A stretch of 64,000 bases of DNA from Paraspadella gotoi (lineage: Eukaryota > Animalia > Chaetognatha). The position numbers and the translations under genes were made by a program. Numbering within the stretch: position 1 is the first letter of the stretch; each line of letters starts with the position of its first letter. The notes beneath the pieces were generated by a model, which saw only the letters and a list, made by a program, of their open reading frames with translations, searched no databases and had not been told where the DNA came from. Positions 43,590-57,506 of this stretch are shown here, one piece after another. The stretch covers positions 12,896,620 to 12,960,619 of the forward strand of contig CM119263.1 in NCBI GenBank assembly GCA_051294375.1. The letters run 5' to 3'.

Positions 43590-45140
43590 CTGATCATCGG
43601 ACACTTCCGATCCAGCCCCTCTGATCACGTGATGCTTTGTGCTATTTCCTTGTCCCTTCACAACCAACTGCTGGGCGCCGCCATTGCTACCGGTCATTGA
43701 CGGCGTGAGTCTCCTATTGAGTGAACCGGAAGTGGAGAGAATGGGCGTTCCTCCGGGCGGCACCACGACTGGGGGCGTGGCGACTCCGGGCGTAGAGGCG
43801 GAGGCGCCGGTTGGGAGAGTTCCGGTGACGGAGGCGCAATTGTTCATGGCGGCGTGGGGCGGAGGGGCGTTGGAGGAGGTGAGGGAGTTGGCTTGGGTGC
43901 GGATGGAACGGGAAGAAGGATGGCGCGCGAGTTGCATCGCGTCGTTGGCGATCGACGACGTCCAGGAAGCGCCGTTTGGGATATGAGGAGGATGATGATG
44001 ATGAGGATGATTGAGGGCGGTGACTGGGCCAACGGGTCCGGGGGCCGAGGCGCCGCCGGGCACAAAGTTGACTCCGTGCGGCGCCATCACCAGCGAGTCT
44101 CTCGAAGCCGCCATATTCTCCGCGGCGACAACAGCGTCGTTCGGGACGCCGTTGATGAGGGTCGTCGTCATGGAGACGGGGTTGTTGGGGAGGCCGGTCG
44201 CATTGCCGACCATGGAGGAAGGAAGCTTGCCGTTTAATCCAGTGAGTGTCGCCACGCCTCCGCCCGGAACCATCGCGCCTCCCCCGCCGTTCCCTGAAAT
44301 CGACAAGGGATTGCTCGGACTCATCATTTGCTGCATCCGCTGTCCCGAGTTGACGAGCTGCTGCACGTTGGACATCGAGGAGAGACTCGTCTCCGCCGAA
44401 AGGCGATCGAAGTTCCGGTTGACGGAGTCCATCTCCTCCTGGAGTCGCTCCTGCAGCCGGTCCATGTAGCGAGACTCGATCTGAGCCGGCGAGTAGTTGC
44501 CGCCGCCCGTCGTCGCCGAGGACGTCGACGAGTGGTTCGGGTTCAAGGCGGACAAGGGCACGATCGACTCCGCGTTCGAAGAGTAAGACGACAACGGCGA
44601 GCGACCTGGCGAGAGCGGGGACACGCCCATGAAGCGAAGATCGGAAGACGGAGGGAGCCCGCCAAGGGACGGGGGCATGCCGGGAGGGGTGGACAGCGGA
44701 CCCGGACTGTCTTCGTCTCCGGTACTTCCGCCCGGCATTAATTGCATGACGTGTTGCGGTGGAGCTTGCTGTTGCTGCTGTTGCTGCCGCGGGAGAGAGT
44801 CAAGTCTAGCAGCAGCAGCCGCCGCCGCCGCCATCGATTCCATCTCGGGCGAAACGTTGCGGTCGTTGGAGAGAGCTCGCGAGGGAAGGGCGACGTAAGG
44901 GGGGCCGCCGGAGCCCCCAGGGCCGCCAAGGTGGCCGCCGCCGACGCCGCTTGATCGAGGATGCCGGTGAAGCGTGCCGGAGGCGCCGTTGCCGAAACTA
45001 GAAGCAAGCGTCATCGGCGCCATCATCCCTGACGACGCCGGCTGAAAAGTTTGACTGAGACCGGCACCGCCGGACGAGTGATCAGGCGGAACTAAAGTTT
45101 GGTGGTACATGTCGTGAATCGGAGAAGTTGTAGGTTGTCT
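43590..45140 (-). CDS. Large exon of an unrecognised gene: G/S/P/A/M-rich disordered region with a short coiled coil
   Basis: 1.55-kb GC-rich open frame in AT-rich surroundings (track ORF 43512-45110). Acceptor actaacaaaaaaacccaatag with CTAAC branch motif, 30 nt in frame upstream of ATG 45110; donor CAG|GCAAGT (GC type), phase 0. Confidence 0.8.
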
Positions 45141-45278
45141 CTATTGGGTTTTTTTGTTAGTTTTGGTTTATTTATTTTTGTTTTACTTTTTATTATTTTT
45201 TTGTTTTTGTTTTTATGACGATATCCCGATGAAATACGAAATAATCGATAAAAGGGGCGGGAAGCACTTAGCACAAGG

Positions 45279-45385
<107 letters not shown>

Positions 45386-45807
45386 AAGGGTGAGAACGTC
45401 AGCCAATTACGCCAATGACGTCACCGAAACCGATGACGAAGATTGCGCGACGCGTCGACCATTTTTCTCTGTGATGCAAATATGTATTCCGATTCATATT
45501 TTTCGGTCGCTCGTTTGTTAACGTTCTGTCGTAATTTATATTCAGTTTGTTTGTTTATCGAGAAACGTTCACCGAAAACCACTCATTGCTTTGGTCTATT
45601 GGTTCGATTTTTAGTTGTTTTCCTAATTTCGACGATCGAAGATAATTGGCGAGTCTGTGAGAGAAAAGAAAGGCTAATTATTGGGATACATGACACTAAT
45701 TTTTGTAGCAATTAATTTAAAAACCAAAATGGAACGTAATTTATTATTATTAATAATTACGAGAGTGATAAGGAAAAATCTAAAGACTTCTCGGCTTATC
45801 ATCTCTT

Positions 45808-45845
<38 letters not shown>

Positions 45846-47212
45846 CTCTCTTCTCATAGGTATACTCAGAAGCCTCGAATCAGCGCAGCCTCCGGGAGCA
45901 GCCGCGCGGCGGGCCGAGCGCCTTCTCCCTGCCTTCGACTTACTTTCCGCTCGGCTCTTCTTACTCCTCTTCCTCTTTGCCTTCTCCTTAATTTCTCCCG
46001 GATCCGCGCGGCTGCCAAAGTCGATCCGATCGGAGCTGCAGCGGATAACTTACTCTTTTCTCTCTCTCTTCTTACTCTCGTCACCGGCCGAGGCTCTTTT
46101 CTCTCTGCCTCCGAACCAGGATCGATCATGGCGTTTCGCCGCGGATCCGTGAGTCTCTTATTGAAGAGATAAGGCTTTATTGAAAATATTACATTATTGT
46201 AGGGTCATTTCACGGATGTCAAAAAAAAAGAAAAACAAAAAACAAAAGGAAAAGACAGAAAAAACGAGAGAAACGAAAGAAATGAACAAAAAGAAGGAAA
46301 AAAAATATTTAAAAAATTTAGACAACAAAATTTTTTTAATATTAAGATTTTCGAGCATAAAATAATAATTATCAATAAAAAAAGATAATACATCTAACAA
46401 TAATGATTATAATATGCTGAAAACAATTTGAAAATATGATAAAAGATAAAAATGATTCGTAATGAGTGATATTATATTATTGCAATTTTTGTTACTTAGG
46501 AGTTATTGAAGAGTAAAGAGTTAGGCAACAATTTTAGAATCAAGTGTATGAATCAAAATTTGAAGCTTGCAGCAATGAACTATTATAAATAATGTTTTTC
46601 TTTTTATTTTTAAATTTTTGCATAGCCCATATTCTATACATATTAAATTTCAAAAATTTTAAAATATTTTTTCTTATTTTTGAAAGCAGATTTAAAATTT
46701 CTCCCATTAATTTTTTTAAATTTAATTCGATTTGACTAATTATCAAATTTTCCTTAAAAAAAAAGTCTAGCACAGTTTTTTAAGGTTGCCTTTTGTCTCG
46801 AAAGCTCTTAGTGCCTACTGTTTTGAGAGGTCGCCTTAGGCTTATACCAGGAGTGCGAGCAAAGTTGAAACAACAAGCCCATGCAAACATTTGTCTGTTA
46901 ATCCTAAGGTACTACTTACTACTTACTTACTACTACTACTACTACTACTTACTACTACTACTACTGCTACTACTACTACTTTCAATTTAATTAATTAAAT
47001 ATCTGACATTATCAATTTTCACTCCAATTCTAAATGTCCTTTAGTATTTATCTCCTCCGGTTCTTTGAATTTGAGCATAACTGATTGATAATGAATTAGA
47101 AAGAGAAGAGACGCCAAGAGCAGAGACGAGAAAGAGAAAGAGAGAGAGAGAGAGAGAAGATATCCGGCGCCTCGATCACGCTCGGACTTCGACCGGAAGA
47201 AGCCCGACTCAC

Positions 47213-47341
47213 CATCGGAGGAGAGAGAAATCTCCCGATTCCGAGCTGGAGAAGCCCCCGGAAGGAGAAGTGATGCTAAGGGTCGGGCAGCCTGGCGCGC
47301 CGCTGCCTCCTGGTGGACGGCTGCGTTCGGGATCGAGAGAG
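47213..47341 (-). other. Candidate upstream exon (5' UTR ending in ATG) of the membrane-protein gene
   Basis: GC-rich 129-nt island bounded by tactcag| and ATG|GTGAGT. Its terminal ATG splices in frame to the 45140 acceptor (MRQPTTSPIHDMYHQ...). Confidence 0.4.
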
Positions 47342-47370
47342 CTGAGTATATGATTTCTCTTTCTCTCTTT

Positions 47371-47404
<34 letters not shown>

Positions 47405-49411
47405 ACTCTCTCTTTCTCTCTTTCTCTCTCATCTCTCTCTCTCTTCTCTTCTCCCTCTCTCTCCACTTCTCCTCTCTCNNNNNNNNNNNNNNNNNNNNNN
47501 NNNTCTCTCTCTCTCTCTCTCGCTCTCAACGCGGACAAAAAAGGAAAGCAATCCTAGAATGTCACTCAAATTTTGGGAAAATGAAAGGAAGAGAAGAACT
47601 GAAAGCCTCAGACAGATTGAAAGGCGGAAGAAAGAGGAGGAAGCGAAGGAGGAGGAGGAGACGGAAGGGAGGAAATTGAAAAATATTAATAACAACAAAT
47701 TGGAGAAGGCGAAGATGAAGCCGGGGGATTTGCCAGCGGATTTTTTCGAGGACTTTTGATGCGTCGCAATGGAGCAGGCCTCACAGTAAAGCCGTCTGCT
47801 AACGTTTCCTCTTTAGAGCGCTCCACGAATTTCATCTTTACTCCAAGACTCATTTTTCGTAATGTTTCTTTAGCGCCGGTTTTTTGTTTTTTTTTTGTTT
47901 TTTGTTTCTTTTTTATTCATCTTGTGATCTAAACTTGAAACATCTTCGGCTCTAACTGGAGGAGAGAGAGAGTTGCAGTCGTCAAGAGGGAATAATTTTT
48001 CCCTTCCGTTTTTTTTTAGCTTTTTTTTTAATTTTCCTTTTCTCGAATGAAAATAACGGAATTCATGGATCACAAGATTTACGATCGAAGAGAAAATAGA
48101 AAAAAAAGAAAGGAAACAAGGAAAGAACAATTGAAAACGAAAGAAATCAAGTCTGAAAATAAAATTTAAAAAACGAACTAAGTAGGTGGTAAATTACACA
48201 TAGAAATTTATATTTTCTTTTCGAAAGCATAAGATTTGAAAAAAATGATTTTTTTAAAAAAAACGTTGAGCCTCCAAGGCTGTAATCTCTCAGCCTCGAA
48301 GTCCGTCTGGAAATTCTAAGTGGAGTTTCTGTACTCTGTGAAAATAACCGGAAAGAGCAAAGGTCTTTGCCGCAGTTCGCACTTCCACGCAAACCATTTT
48401 CGTGTCCACACTTTTTTCCCTTTTACTTTACAAATGATGTTTTTTTTTCTCCAAAAACAAAATACGACTCCTTAGCTTATAAAGGGGGCTTCTATGTTAA
48501 TATTTTGTCAGAGAGATGCAGGTCTTCACTCACCCAAAGCCTGTCTAAAGTTAGGGCAAGACAGCCATTTATTGAATGAACGAATAAATAGATAATTGGT
48601 TATATTGATATATATTACGCCATGGCTAATAATCGGTGTCGCTCGCCCATCGTTTAAGATTTTCTTTTGTCAATTATTCTTTGAAGGTTCAGCAATAAAT
48701 GAAAGTTTTATACTAATTCCTTGTCGCCCTTTATTCGATTACTTAAACTTAATTTTTCCCTCTTTCTACAATTTTCATAGACGTTAGAGGATCTGAACCC
48801 CCTTTATATAACGTCCGCATCCCTTATCTGTTGATCTCGCATCGTCTCGTTAGAAAAAAAAACTGGCCACAGCCTCGCGTTAAAAGCGAATGAAACGTTT
48901 ATTCCTTCCGACGCCCAGGGGGGAAATGGAAACGAGGCCGCGAGGAGCAAAAGAATAAACAAACAAAAACAAACAAAAAAACAAAGTAATAAAACAGAAC
49001 TTTTTCGAGTCGTGACTTTGAGAGAAGTGAGCTGATTGACTCGTTAATTTTTACAAGAGTTTTTTTTTTATTCTGTTCATTCATTTATATTTTGTTGATT
49101 AAATGTTATTTTTATGTTTCTACGGTTTTACTGTTAAAAAAATGAGAAAAAATATAACACGAAGAACGAAATAAATAAAGAATATTTCGATATAAAGCTT
49201 ATGAATCTATGAGTAGAATATCCAGATGTTCTATAGTCAGAGAGATAAGAACCAAGATACTATCACAACCATAGAAATATTTTATGAAAATGGGAAATGA
49301 GGTCGAAAGGCCCAGAATGGATAAGCTCTCCTGCATATTCTCTAACTACTCATAACTCATCTGCCTCATAAATCATGCTCTCTCTCTCACTCTCTATCTC
49401 CTATCTCCTCC

Positions 49412-49452
<41 letters not shown>

Positions 49453-49579
49453 GTTCGTCACATTTCTGTCATTCCTCACTTCTTGCTCCAACTACTACTA
49501 ACGACAATAATCCAATCATCTTCACTATCCTTCGATCGCCACCTTGAGACCAGAGAAGACACCTCTTTGACACATTCCC

Positions 49580-49612
<33 letters not shown>

Positions 49613-49984
49613 ACACTGGAGTATGTAGAGAAAAGAGAAAGCCGATCTCAAAATTTTTTTCAGTTTGACTAAATTTTTTTTTTTAAATCGGTGCGATTTT
49701 TAAAAGCCACTATGGTATTCGTTGTTAGTAGCCATTCTTTCCATATATTATTTTCTTCCTAGTTTGGTTATCATTATTTCTCTCTCTATATCTCGGTGTT
49801 ATCTTATCTCTCTCTCTCTTGTCTCTCTCGTCTCTCTCTCTCTCTCTCTCTTCTCTTAGCTTATCTGTTCGTTTTATTTGTTATTTTTTTTATTTGTTAA
49901 TTTAACTTGTATTTCATAATTAATGTTTATATAAACTTTTTATCATAATCTCTTTTTAGAGTTCTTAATATTCTCTCTTCTCTC

Positions 49985-50024
<40 letters not shown>

Positions 50025-52845
50025 CGGTGAATATTTCCCAATCCCGGAGTCCTTTTATTGGAGTGTCTACTAAAAGCGGGAGCCACTTCCTCATTCCCCA
50101 CTCATCGGGAGAGAGTTTGAGCGGAAGAAAAGTCGTAAAGAATCGCGGTGGATGGGAGAGATACGCGTAGCGGATTCAACTGGGTCTTTTTTTTTAAATT
50201 TGTTTATCCCCTTTGGCCCTCTGCGTTGCATGGAGGGTTACACGCGAGATATTTCAAACATATCAAAGTTGCTTGCAGTGGAAGAAAAAATTTCGCAGAA
50301 CGGATTTCGAGAAATGAGTTAAGCACAATGCGTTTCGCCGGGCGGATGTCGCGCGGGGTCTTTGGCAGAATGGCGCAGCGGGCGAAAGATTAAAGTCGGC
50401 CGCGTCCTGATTAACGGTCTCTCATTATTCTCCCCTTATTAATTTAGCCGCTCGGCTATTAAGGTTCGTCATGGTGAGTGAGATTGGAAGAAATATTTCG
50501 GTTTTTTTTAGGCTCAAGACATAAAAAAAGTAGGCTTTTTTTTATGAGCAGCTTAATTGAAAATTTTCTGAGTTAATTTTTAATTCTGGATTTCTAATAA
50601 TATTTTTATTAGACGGTTCTTTTAAACTAAAGTCGCTTAAATTGCTTCATCTTAAAATAATTTTCGCGGTAGATTAATAAATTTGTTGTAAGAGTAATTA
50701 CAAAATAATTCGTTATGTCATTTGAACTGCCATCTGTCAAAGAGCGAAAAACCAGTCGACGGTAGGAGATGCAATGATACATATGACGGGAAAACTGACA
50801 AGATCTAATCGAACTAACTCCTTCTTTAACTTATCCGGATTCCTAGTCATCTATTCTCGTTCTCTCCCCCTTGCGAGGGTAGAAAGTTTTTGAGCCATCG
50901 CCCACGAAATGACTTCCGACTCCATGAAGAAAATGTGAGCTCATAAAAAGTAAGGACTGTTTGAGTGTCACAAGTTACACAGATTTTCAGACCTTTTCGT
51001 CATCGTCGTCGTCTTCTTCGGTATCATCGTTGGCGTCATTATCGTCGTGAGATCCGCGGTCATACGTGTCAAGTCATCGGACGAAGGTCGTCCCTTTAAT
51101 CAGCGTCAAAAAAATTGAAATGATCATGTATGTCCTCTACAAAAAATCTGGAAGATTGGGACTGATTGTTTTATTTATTTTCATTTTTCTCTGAATCAAC
51201 GACGACGACGTCGACGTTAACAGCAACTACTGCTCCGTCCGCACTTCCGCTCGCTCCATTAGATTTCTTAATCCTGCCGAGTTTTTTAATCCGGAAACAA
51301 ATGACCGCGAAATAAACCCACATCTGGGATTCGCCACCCAAACAGGACGAAAAAAAAAGAAGGGGGGAAAAAAGGCTGAAAAAGAATAAAAGATAAAAAC
51401 TAGACGACGAAAACGACGACGAAAACGACGATGAATTTTTTTTTTCTTATTTCCTTCATGGCGAAAGATGAAGAAAAAAAAAAAGAAAATTGAAGAGGGA
51501 ATGAGAAAGAGGATAAAAGTCAGGGCCACGTGGGACGTGCTCCGTTTTCGGCCGTGGGAGGGACGACGGGGGGCGGGGTGAGTCATCGGGAGGGAGAGGA
51601 AAGAAAGCGGAAGGGTAGGGAGAGGTCTAGAGAAATTTACGACAACGACGACAACGACGGCGACGACGGAAATGAGAACGACAATGAAAACGACGACGGC
51701 TAGAAAAAGAATCTTTATCCTTCGTGAGCTTATCGTGCGCGCCATCTTACGTCGTCCGAATACATCCTTCTCTTTTTTTTTCCTTCTCTTTCTCTTTTCT
51801 CTTTCTATTGTTTTCTTTATTTTTTTTCAGTTTCATTTTATTATCCTCATTCTTTGACGACGGATTTTTCGACTTTTCTTTATTTTTTCTTTATCCTTTT
51901 ATTCTTCTTGAATTCTGAAACAAAGACAATAGGATCGTCGCATTGAAGACAACCACGCTAACAGTGGCCACAAACGATTTCTTACTCAAAACAAGACAAA
52001 CACGCCCTCTCGAGCGATTGAAAACAACGACGACGCGGATAACAACGACCTCGGGCAAAACAACCGAACTTGGGTCAGATTTTTGGGTCGGAAATGGAAC
52101 CGATTTGACGGGAAGGACGCGAGGAGTAGAGAGGCCGAGATTTAAATGGGAGCCGTTAACCTTCGTCGCTTTTCGATTGTCGGGCGACTTTGTCGGTTCG
52201 CGGGTCGCAGCTGCTCTCGACTCTGGGTCGTCAACGATTAGTCCGAAAAAAAACACGTTTGGGTCGACAAAGTTGAAATCGAAAGGATCGAAACGTCGAA
52301 GATCGATCGATTAAAAGGGAGATCGAAATCATTTTGGAATTGGAAAATCTAGCGAATCATCATGGTTTGTAAAATTTGATTTGTAGAGAGAGAGAGAGAG
52401 AAGGTTCTGTTTCTTAGTTCAAGGATGAATTGAAGTAAAAGGACGTTGTAGTAACGATATGGTTGTTCCCAATTATATCACGCACATCATCTTAGAGGCA
52501 GCATCTACTCATAATCTACTCTTGATCTGCTACCCCAATCTCTTTTGTTCGTCGCTTCAACTAGACAACGTGTCCATTTTTTATTCACTTTTTTTTTCAT
52601 CGAATTCTTCCTCATTTCCATAATCCATAACCTAAGTCTTCGCTGCGAGAGTCAACCTCGGCGCAAGCTGCAGGCTGCATGCCGAGCAGCATTGCAGAGA
52701 TGAATCGTGGCAAGCATTGTTTCTCCAAATGTTTGGTGGAATCATAAAAGCGGAACGCATGTATATGCCTCGACATTGTACCACACTACTATCTACTACT
52801 GGCAAAGTTGGACTAATTTTTTTTGTTTTCTTTAGAACAGAATTT

Positions 52846-52871
52846 TTCATCATCATCATCGTTATAATCAT

Positions 52872-52924
<53 letters not shown>

Positions 52925-52925
52925 T
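52846..52925. repeat. (CAT)n microsatellite; other simple repeats include (TGAA)n 25663-25718, (TAC)n 46909-46980 and (GAAA)n 22885-22970
   Basis: Direct reading. Confidence 0.9.
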
Positions 52926-55117
52926 CAACAACAACAAAACGGCAACGACCGAGAGAGATCATCGTGTCCCCGCTGCAATTTAGCGACCATGAGAACGGCA
53001 CGCGAGGCATTTCATGAATGCATTAATTTGGAAACCATTTTGAATTTCCCTTTTTTAAGTTTTACATGACGAATGAATGTTGCGAAGGACGCTTAGAGAA
53101 CCAACTATTCTTTTCTAGTTCTTTTAAACTCTTTGTGGAGTTCCCCCTTCCCCCTTCCCCTCTTTGTCGTCTTTCTCTTTTTTACTGTCAGAAAATTCAA
53201 TGCTCTCCCCTCATGTTCTTTCGCGCCATTTTTCATTGCGCTTTGGACATCCCCCAGTGATCCTCCTTTCTCCTCTTCTGCTTCGCAATCTCCCATTTAC
53301 ATCCGAGTTGGATTTTTCACAAAATTGCGACCACCCGTTCTTCTGTCGAGCTCTTCATCAACATCCGGGGGGGGTCATCCATCCCGGATTTAACCCTCTC
53401 TTCATCCATTTCATTCTTTTTTTTCGAAACCTCGGTTTCTCGGTCTTCATTTTACATCTTTCCCCCCCCCTTCTCTTTCGAAAAATCTAATTCCTCTGGG
53501 AACAAACTGCTGTCGCTCGTCCTGCGGTCGAGTAGGCTACAACTGGAAGACGACGACAGCGGTCACGACGATTCCGACGACGACCACGACGACGACCACG
53601 ACGACTAAAGAGAAAACAAAAAAAAAACAGGCGACTAAAGCTAAAACCGGGGGTTAAAACAGCAAGGCTAGCGAGGAATGGATAGGAAAGTTGAAGACTG
53701 TTGCAAAATAAGAGAATTCTTGTTGCCAAGTCGACGAAGAAGAAGAAGAAGAAGAAGAAGAAGAAGAAGAAGACGCCGGACGAAATCGAACTCCTCCTTC
53801 GTGCTAGCGTCACGTAGGCAAGCGCCTAACAATGGCGGAAATGAGGAAAAAAAAAAAAGCGACAGGCCGAGATAACCCGTTCACATCTCAATTTCCATCT
53901 GCGAGGGAAACACGTTGACGTGCCTGCGATTCTCTTGTTAAAAAAACATTTATTTTTTTCAATTATTTTATAAATGAGTTCAACAACAGTCGGTGTATTA
54001 TTATATAACTATTTGAGACTCGTTTGAACTCGTTTCAACTTCAAACTTTCGTGCAGAATCAAGTTCAGACCTCTCTACAGAAAACGAGGGGGCCGCCTCA
54101 CCCGCCCGAGAAACCGACATCCTCTAGAGAATTCAATGGGACTAAGTAGTAGTGGATGTACATAGTGTGTTTAAGGTCGAGATAAGTGACTCGAAACTGG
54201 GTGTAAAGTCGGATGGGGTGAAAACCTACTTTGAAATGGCTAGTCAGCCTGGATAGGGAATGAAAACTGGCTAGTTAAAACCGAAAATTAGTTTGACCTG
54301 AAAATATGGATCGGCATTCGGAAAAAAAAAAACCCAGATCCAAAAACATCGTTTATTCATGATTGCGTAAATTAAAATTTCTTTGCGATAAAGAGAGAAA
54401 AGAAGAAAAAATCAACAACAGATGGTTCGAGAATGCGAAGGGTTTTTCAAAACAGATGGAGTCTGAGTGGGGCGCCGGAGACGAAGAGTAAGAACTCAGG
54501 CGAAGAGTGAAACGAGTTGTCTGGAGCAGATGCTGATTGAGAGCGAGAGTGTAAAGGCGAGGTTAACAAAAGGGAAACGCCCGGTTCCGCTCAACGGAAG
54601 GACGGAATCGAAGCCGCTCGACGCCGTGAGGAAATTGTGAATAAACGCCCGGCGATTCGCGGAACCCCTGGATGAAAAACAGAGGGATAAAATCTGATAA
54701 TGAATAATCCACGAATGAGACAAACGCAATTAAATATAATCAAGACTATTTCATTGTTTATAATATTTTAAATTTTAAAATTAATAAACGATAGAATTAA
54801 TCCAAAGATAAAATAGAGAAATCGAGATCTCGTTAAATGAAAAATTTACACCTGAATCGGAGGAACGAAAATAAAAACAATCCGGGAAAAATATACATTT
54901 AAATTGAATCGAGAGCAGCTGATTTAAGAAATTTTATTTCCTCGACAAGAAAATGATAAAATATTTATCCATTCCACATTAAAAAATTAACAACAGCACG
55001 TTTTGAAAAACGTTAACAAAAAAAAAAAAAGTGGAAAAACGAGAGAGAGTTGAGAAAACGAAAACCAAATGATTTTCTCCCTAATGAGTGAAACGATCCG
55101 CAGAGAGACGAAAACGC

Positions 55118-55592
55118 GCGGTTTAGTCGTTGGGGCGGTTGTGTTTCGTCGTTGGGGCGTTGTGTTTCGTCGTTGGGGCGGTTGAGTTTCGTCGTGGGGC
55201 GTGTGTTGTCCTGTTGTTGGGGCGGTTGTGTTTCGTCGTTGGGCGGTTGACTTTGCTTCTTTGAGGTGGTTGAGTTTCGTCGTTGAGATGGTTTTTCCAT
55301 CGTTGGGCGTTGAGTTTCGTCTTTGGCAGTTGTGTTTTGTTGTTGGGACGGTTGGTTCGTACATTGGGAGGTGGTTGTGTTTTGTCCGTTGGGGCGGTTG
55401 AGTTTCGTCGTTGGCATGGTTGTGTTTCGTCGTTGGGGCGGTTGTGTTTCGTCGTTGGGCGCGGTTGACTTTTTTCTGAGGTGGTTGAGTTTCGTGTTGA
55501 GATGGTTGTTTCATCGTTGGGCGGTGTGTTTCGTCATTGGGGCGGTTGTGTTTCGTCGTTCGAGCGGTTGAGTTTCGTGCGTTGGGGCGGTT
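55118..55592. repeat. ~22-bp G/T-rich minisatellite, consensus TTGGGGCGGTTG(T/A)GTTTCGTCG
   Basis: Roughly 20 degenerate tandem units; source of spurious ORFs at 54987-55655. Confidence 0.85.
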
Positions 55593-56332
55593 AACGCTCC
55601 TTTGCTTAGGAACTAGTAGTTTCCTTGGTAAGAGCGTTCCAACGCATTCCGTCACTGAGGCGTTCGAGATCAGAAGAGGAGCTTAACCACTTCCATCTGC
55701 TTGGCCAGACTGGGCGTCGTCTTAAGAAATGGTGCCCGGCCTCAGATGTGAGCGAGTCGGAACTCTCTCAGAAGTGAAGAGGCTCTTCAAAGATTCGTGG
55801 CAAAGAACGACGAAACGAAATGAGAACGAAACGAAGTTTGCTCCGCGACAGAAAGGAAACAAAGAAAAGCGTCCCTTGATTAAAGAGAATGTTCTTAACT
55901 CTGAAAGCTTCGCGCAAGAAAATGAGTAGAATGAATGTCGCCAATTGCCATCTGTTCAGTTTAGCATCGCCGCCATTTCTCCACACCATCTGCGTCAAGA
56001 GCGATCTCGTCCGTTGAATCTTTTGTCGCAATTGATAGATAATACGTATTCCAATTGGTGAAATGTTGTCGGATCGGGAACTACGCGTGTACGAATTAAG
56101 CGAGGGCAATATGAAAGTCATTTGTAATGCAGTCAATTCACGGCTGGACTTTCGCTTTTGTCTGCCTTCCCCCTTTTTTTTTCATTTTTCATCGGACTTT
56201 TACTTTTTCCTTCCGCGTTTTCGCCCTCCGCTTTCACTTTTCACTTTGACAATCGAGTTTCGAGTTTCCACTTTCCGCTCGGTGACTTCTCAGGCGTCCA
56301 TCGACAAAACAGGCGAGCTTGCGTCCGGATGC

Positions 56333-56383
<51 letters not shown>

Positions 56384-57453
56384 CCTCTCTCTCTCTCTCT
56401 CTCTCTCTCCTCTCTCTCTTTTCCGCTGGGATTCCATCGGTCTGAACTTCGTACTGGAACGTGTGAGCGACGCCGTAAAAAATTACGAGAAAAAGTAAAG
56501 AAAAGGAAGAAAAAGTGGAGAAACTGAAAGAATTAAAAGCAAAGAGAATATAGAGAATAGGAAAGAAAAAAAATAAGTGAGAAAAAAAAAGAAAAACAAC
56601 AGAAAAATAAAAAGAAAGTTCGAAAAAAAAAGAAAGAAAAAAGAAAAAAAATTGGAAAAAGAGTAAGAGGAGCAGGAGAGAAGTTCAATAGCAGACAAAA
56701 AAGAGAGACAAGAAGGAAGAGGGGCGGAATCCTCTTGGTATCCTCATGGCACCATCAATGGAAACCATGATTAATGTTAGAGCCATGGATTTCACTTCTT
56801 GGAACAGGTTGACAAAAGTGCCTAATGTATTTGGGATCGTAGAAACTATGATTGCGCAATTTGTCATGCGTTTCAGACAAATTTGGAGCTTTTCTTTTTA
56901 AGCGAAGGAAAATTTGTCTCGTTTTGTTTAGTTGAGACGTCAACGTTTCCGACGTCAAAAATCTTTTCAACAGTTTCCCGCTTTTTTTTCTTCCATAAAA
57001 AAAAATTCCTTTTTGGAAAAAGACCGATTTCTTTTTTTTTCATAAATAAAATTTTACTTCATTTCATGTGTTAAATAATCTATTTTGAACGTTAAGGTAC
57101 GTATTTAGTTTATATAAAAAAAATAAAATTTTGCGGTACATCTTTTAATTAGAGAATTTTATTCAAAAATGATATTAAAAATTATATTACAAAAATTAAA
57201 ATAAAAGGTTATAGATGAAAAAAAATCATGATAGAATAGGAGTGCTTGCTTCATCTTTCGAGATCATCTTAAACCTGTTGCGTGTTTGAAAATGCGGTTT
57301 TCATTTTTTCATTGTTTCCTTCAGTGTCCAGACTTCTGTATAGTAAAAATAATGTTTAAAAATTGATTCTTTAAAGCTTGTTAGTGTTTTTGTTCGATTA
57401 TGAATATTTTTGTTAGGAATCACTTCCTTCTCTCTCTCGCCCTCCCCTCTCTC

Positions 57454-57506
<53 letters not shown>

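Noticed and set aside
43639-45007. Multiple overlapping plus-strand and alternate-frame ORFs
   Set aside because: Shadow ORFs of the GC-rich minus-strand exon.
51891-52937. ORFs of 88-123 aa on both strands
   Set aside because: No domain and no consistent splice structure; partly trinucleotide repeats.
54987-55655. 222-aa repetitive ORF; also considered as a CRISPR-like array
   Set aside because: Translation of a 22-bp minisatellite; there are no unique spacers and the context is eukaryotic.
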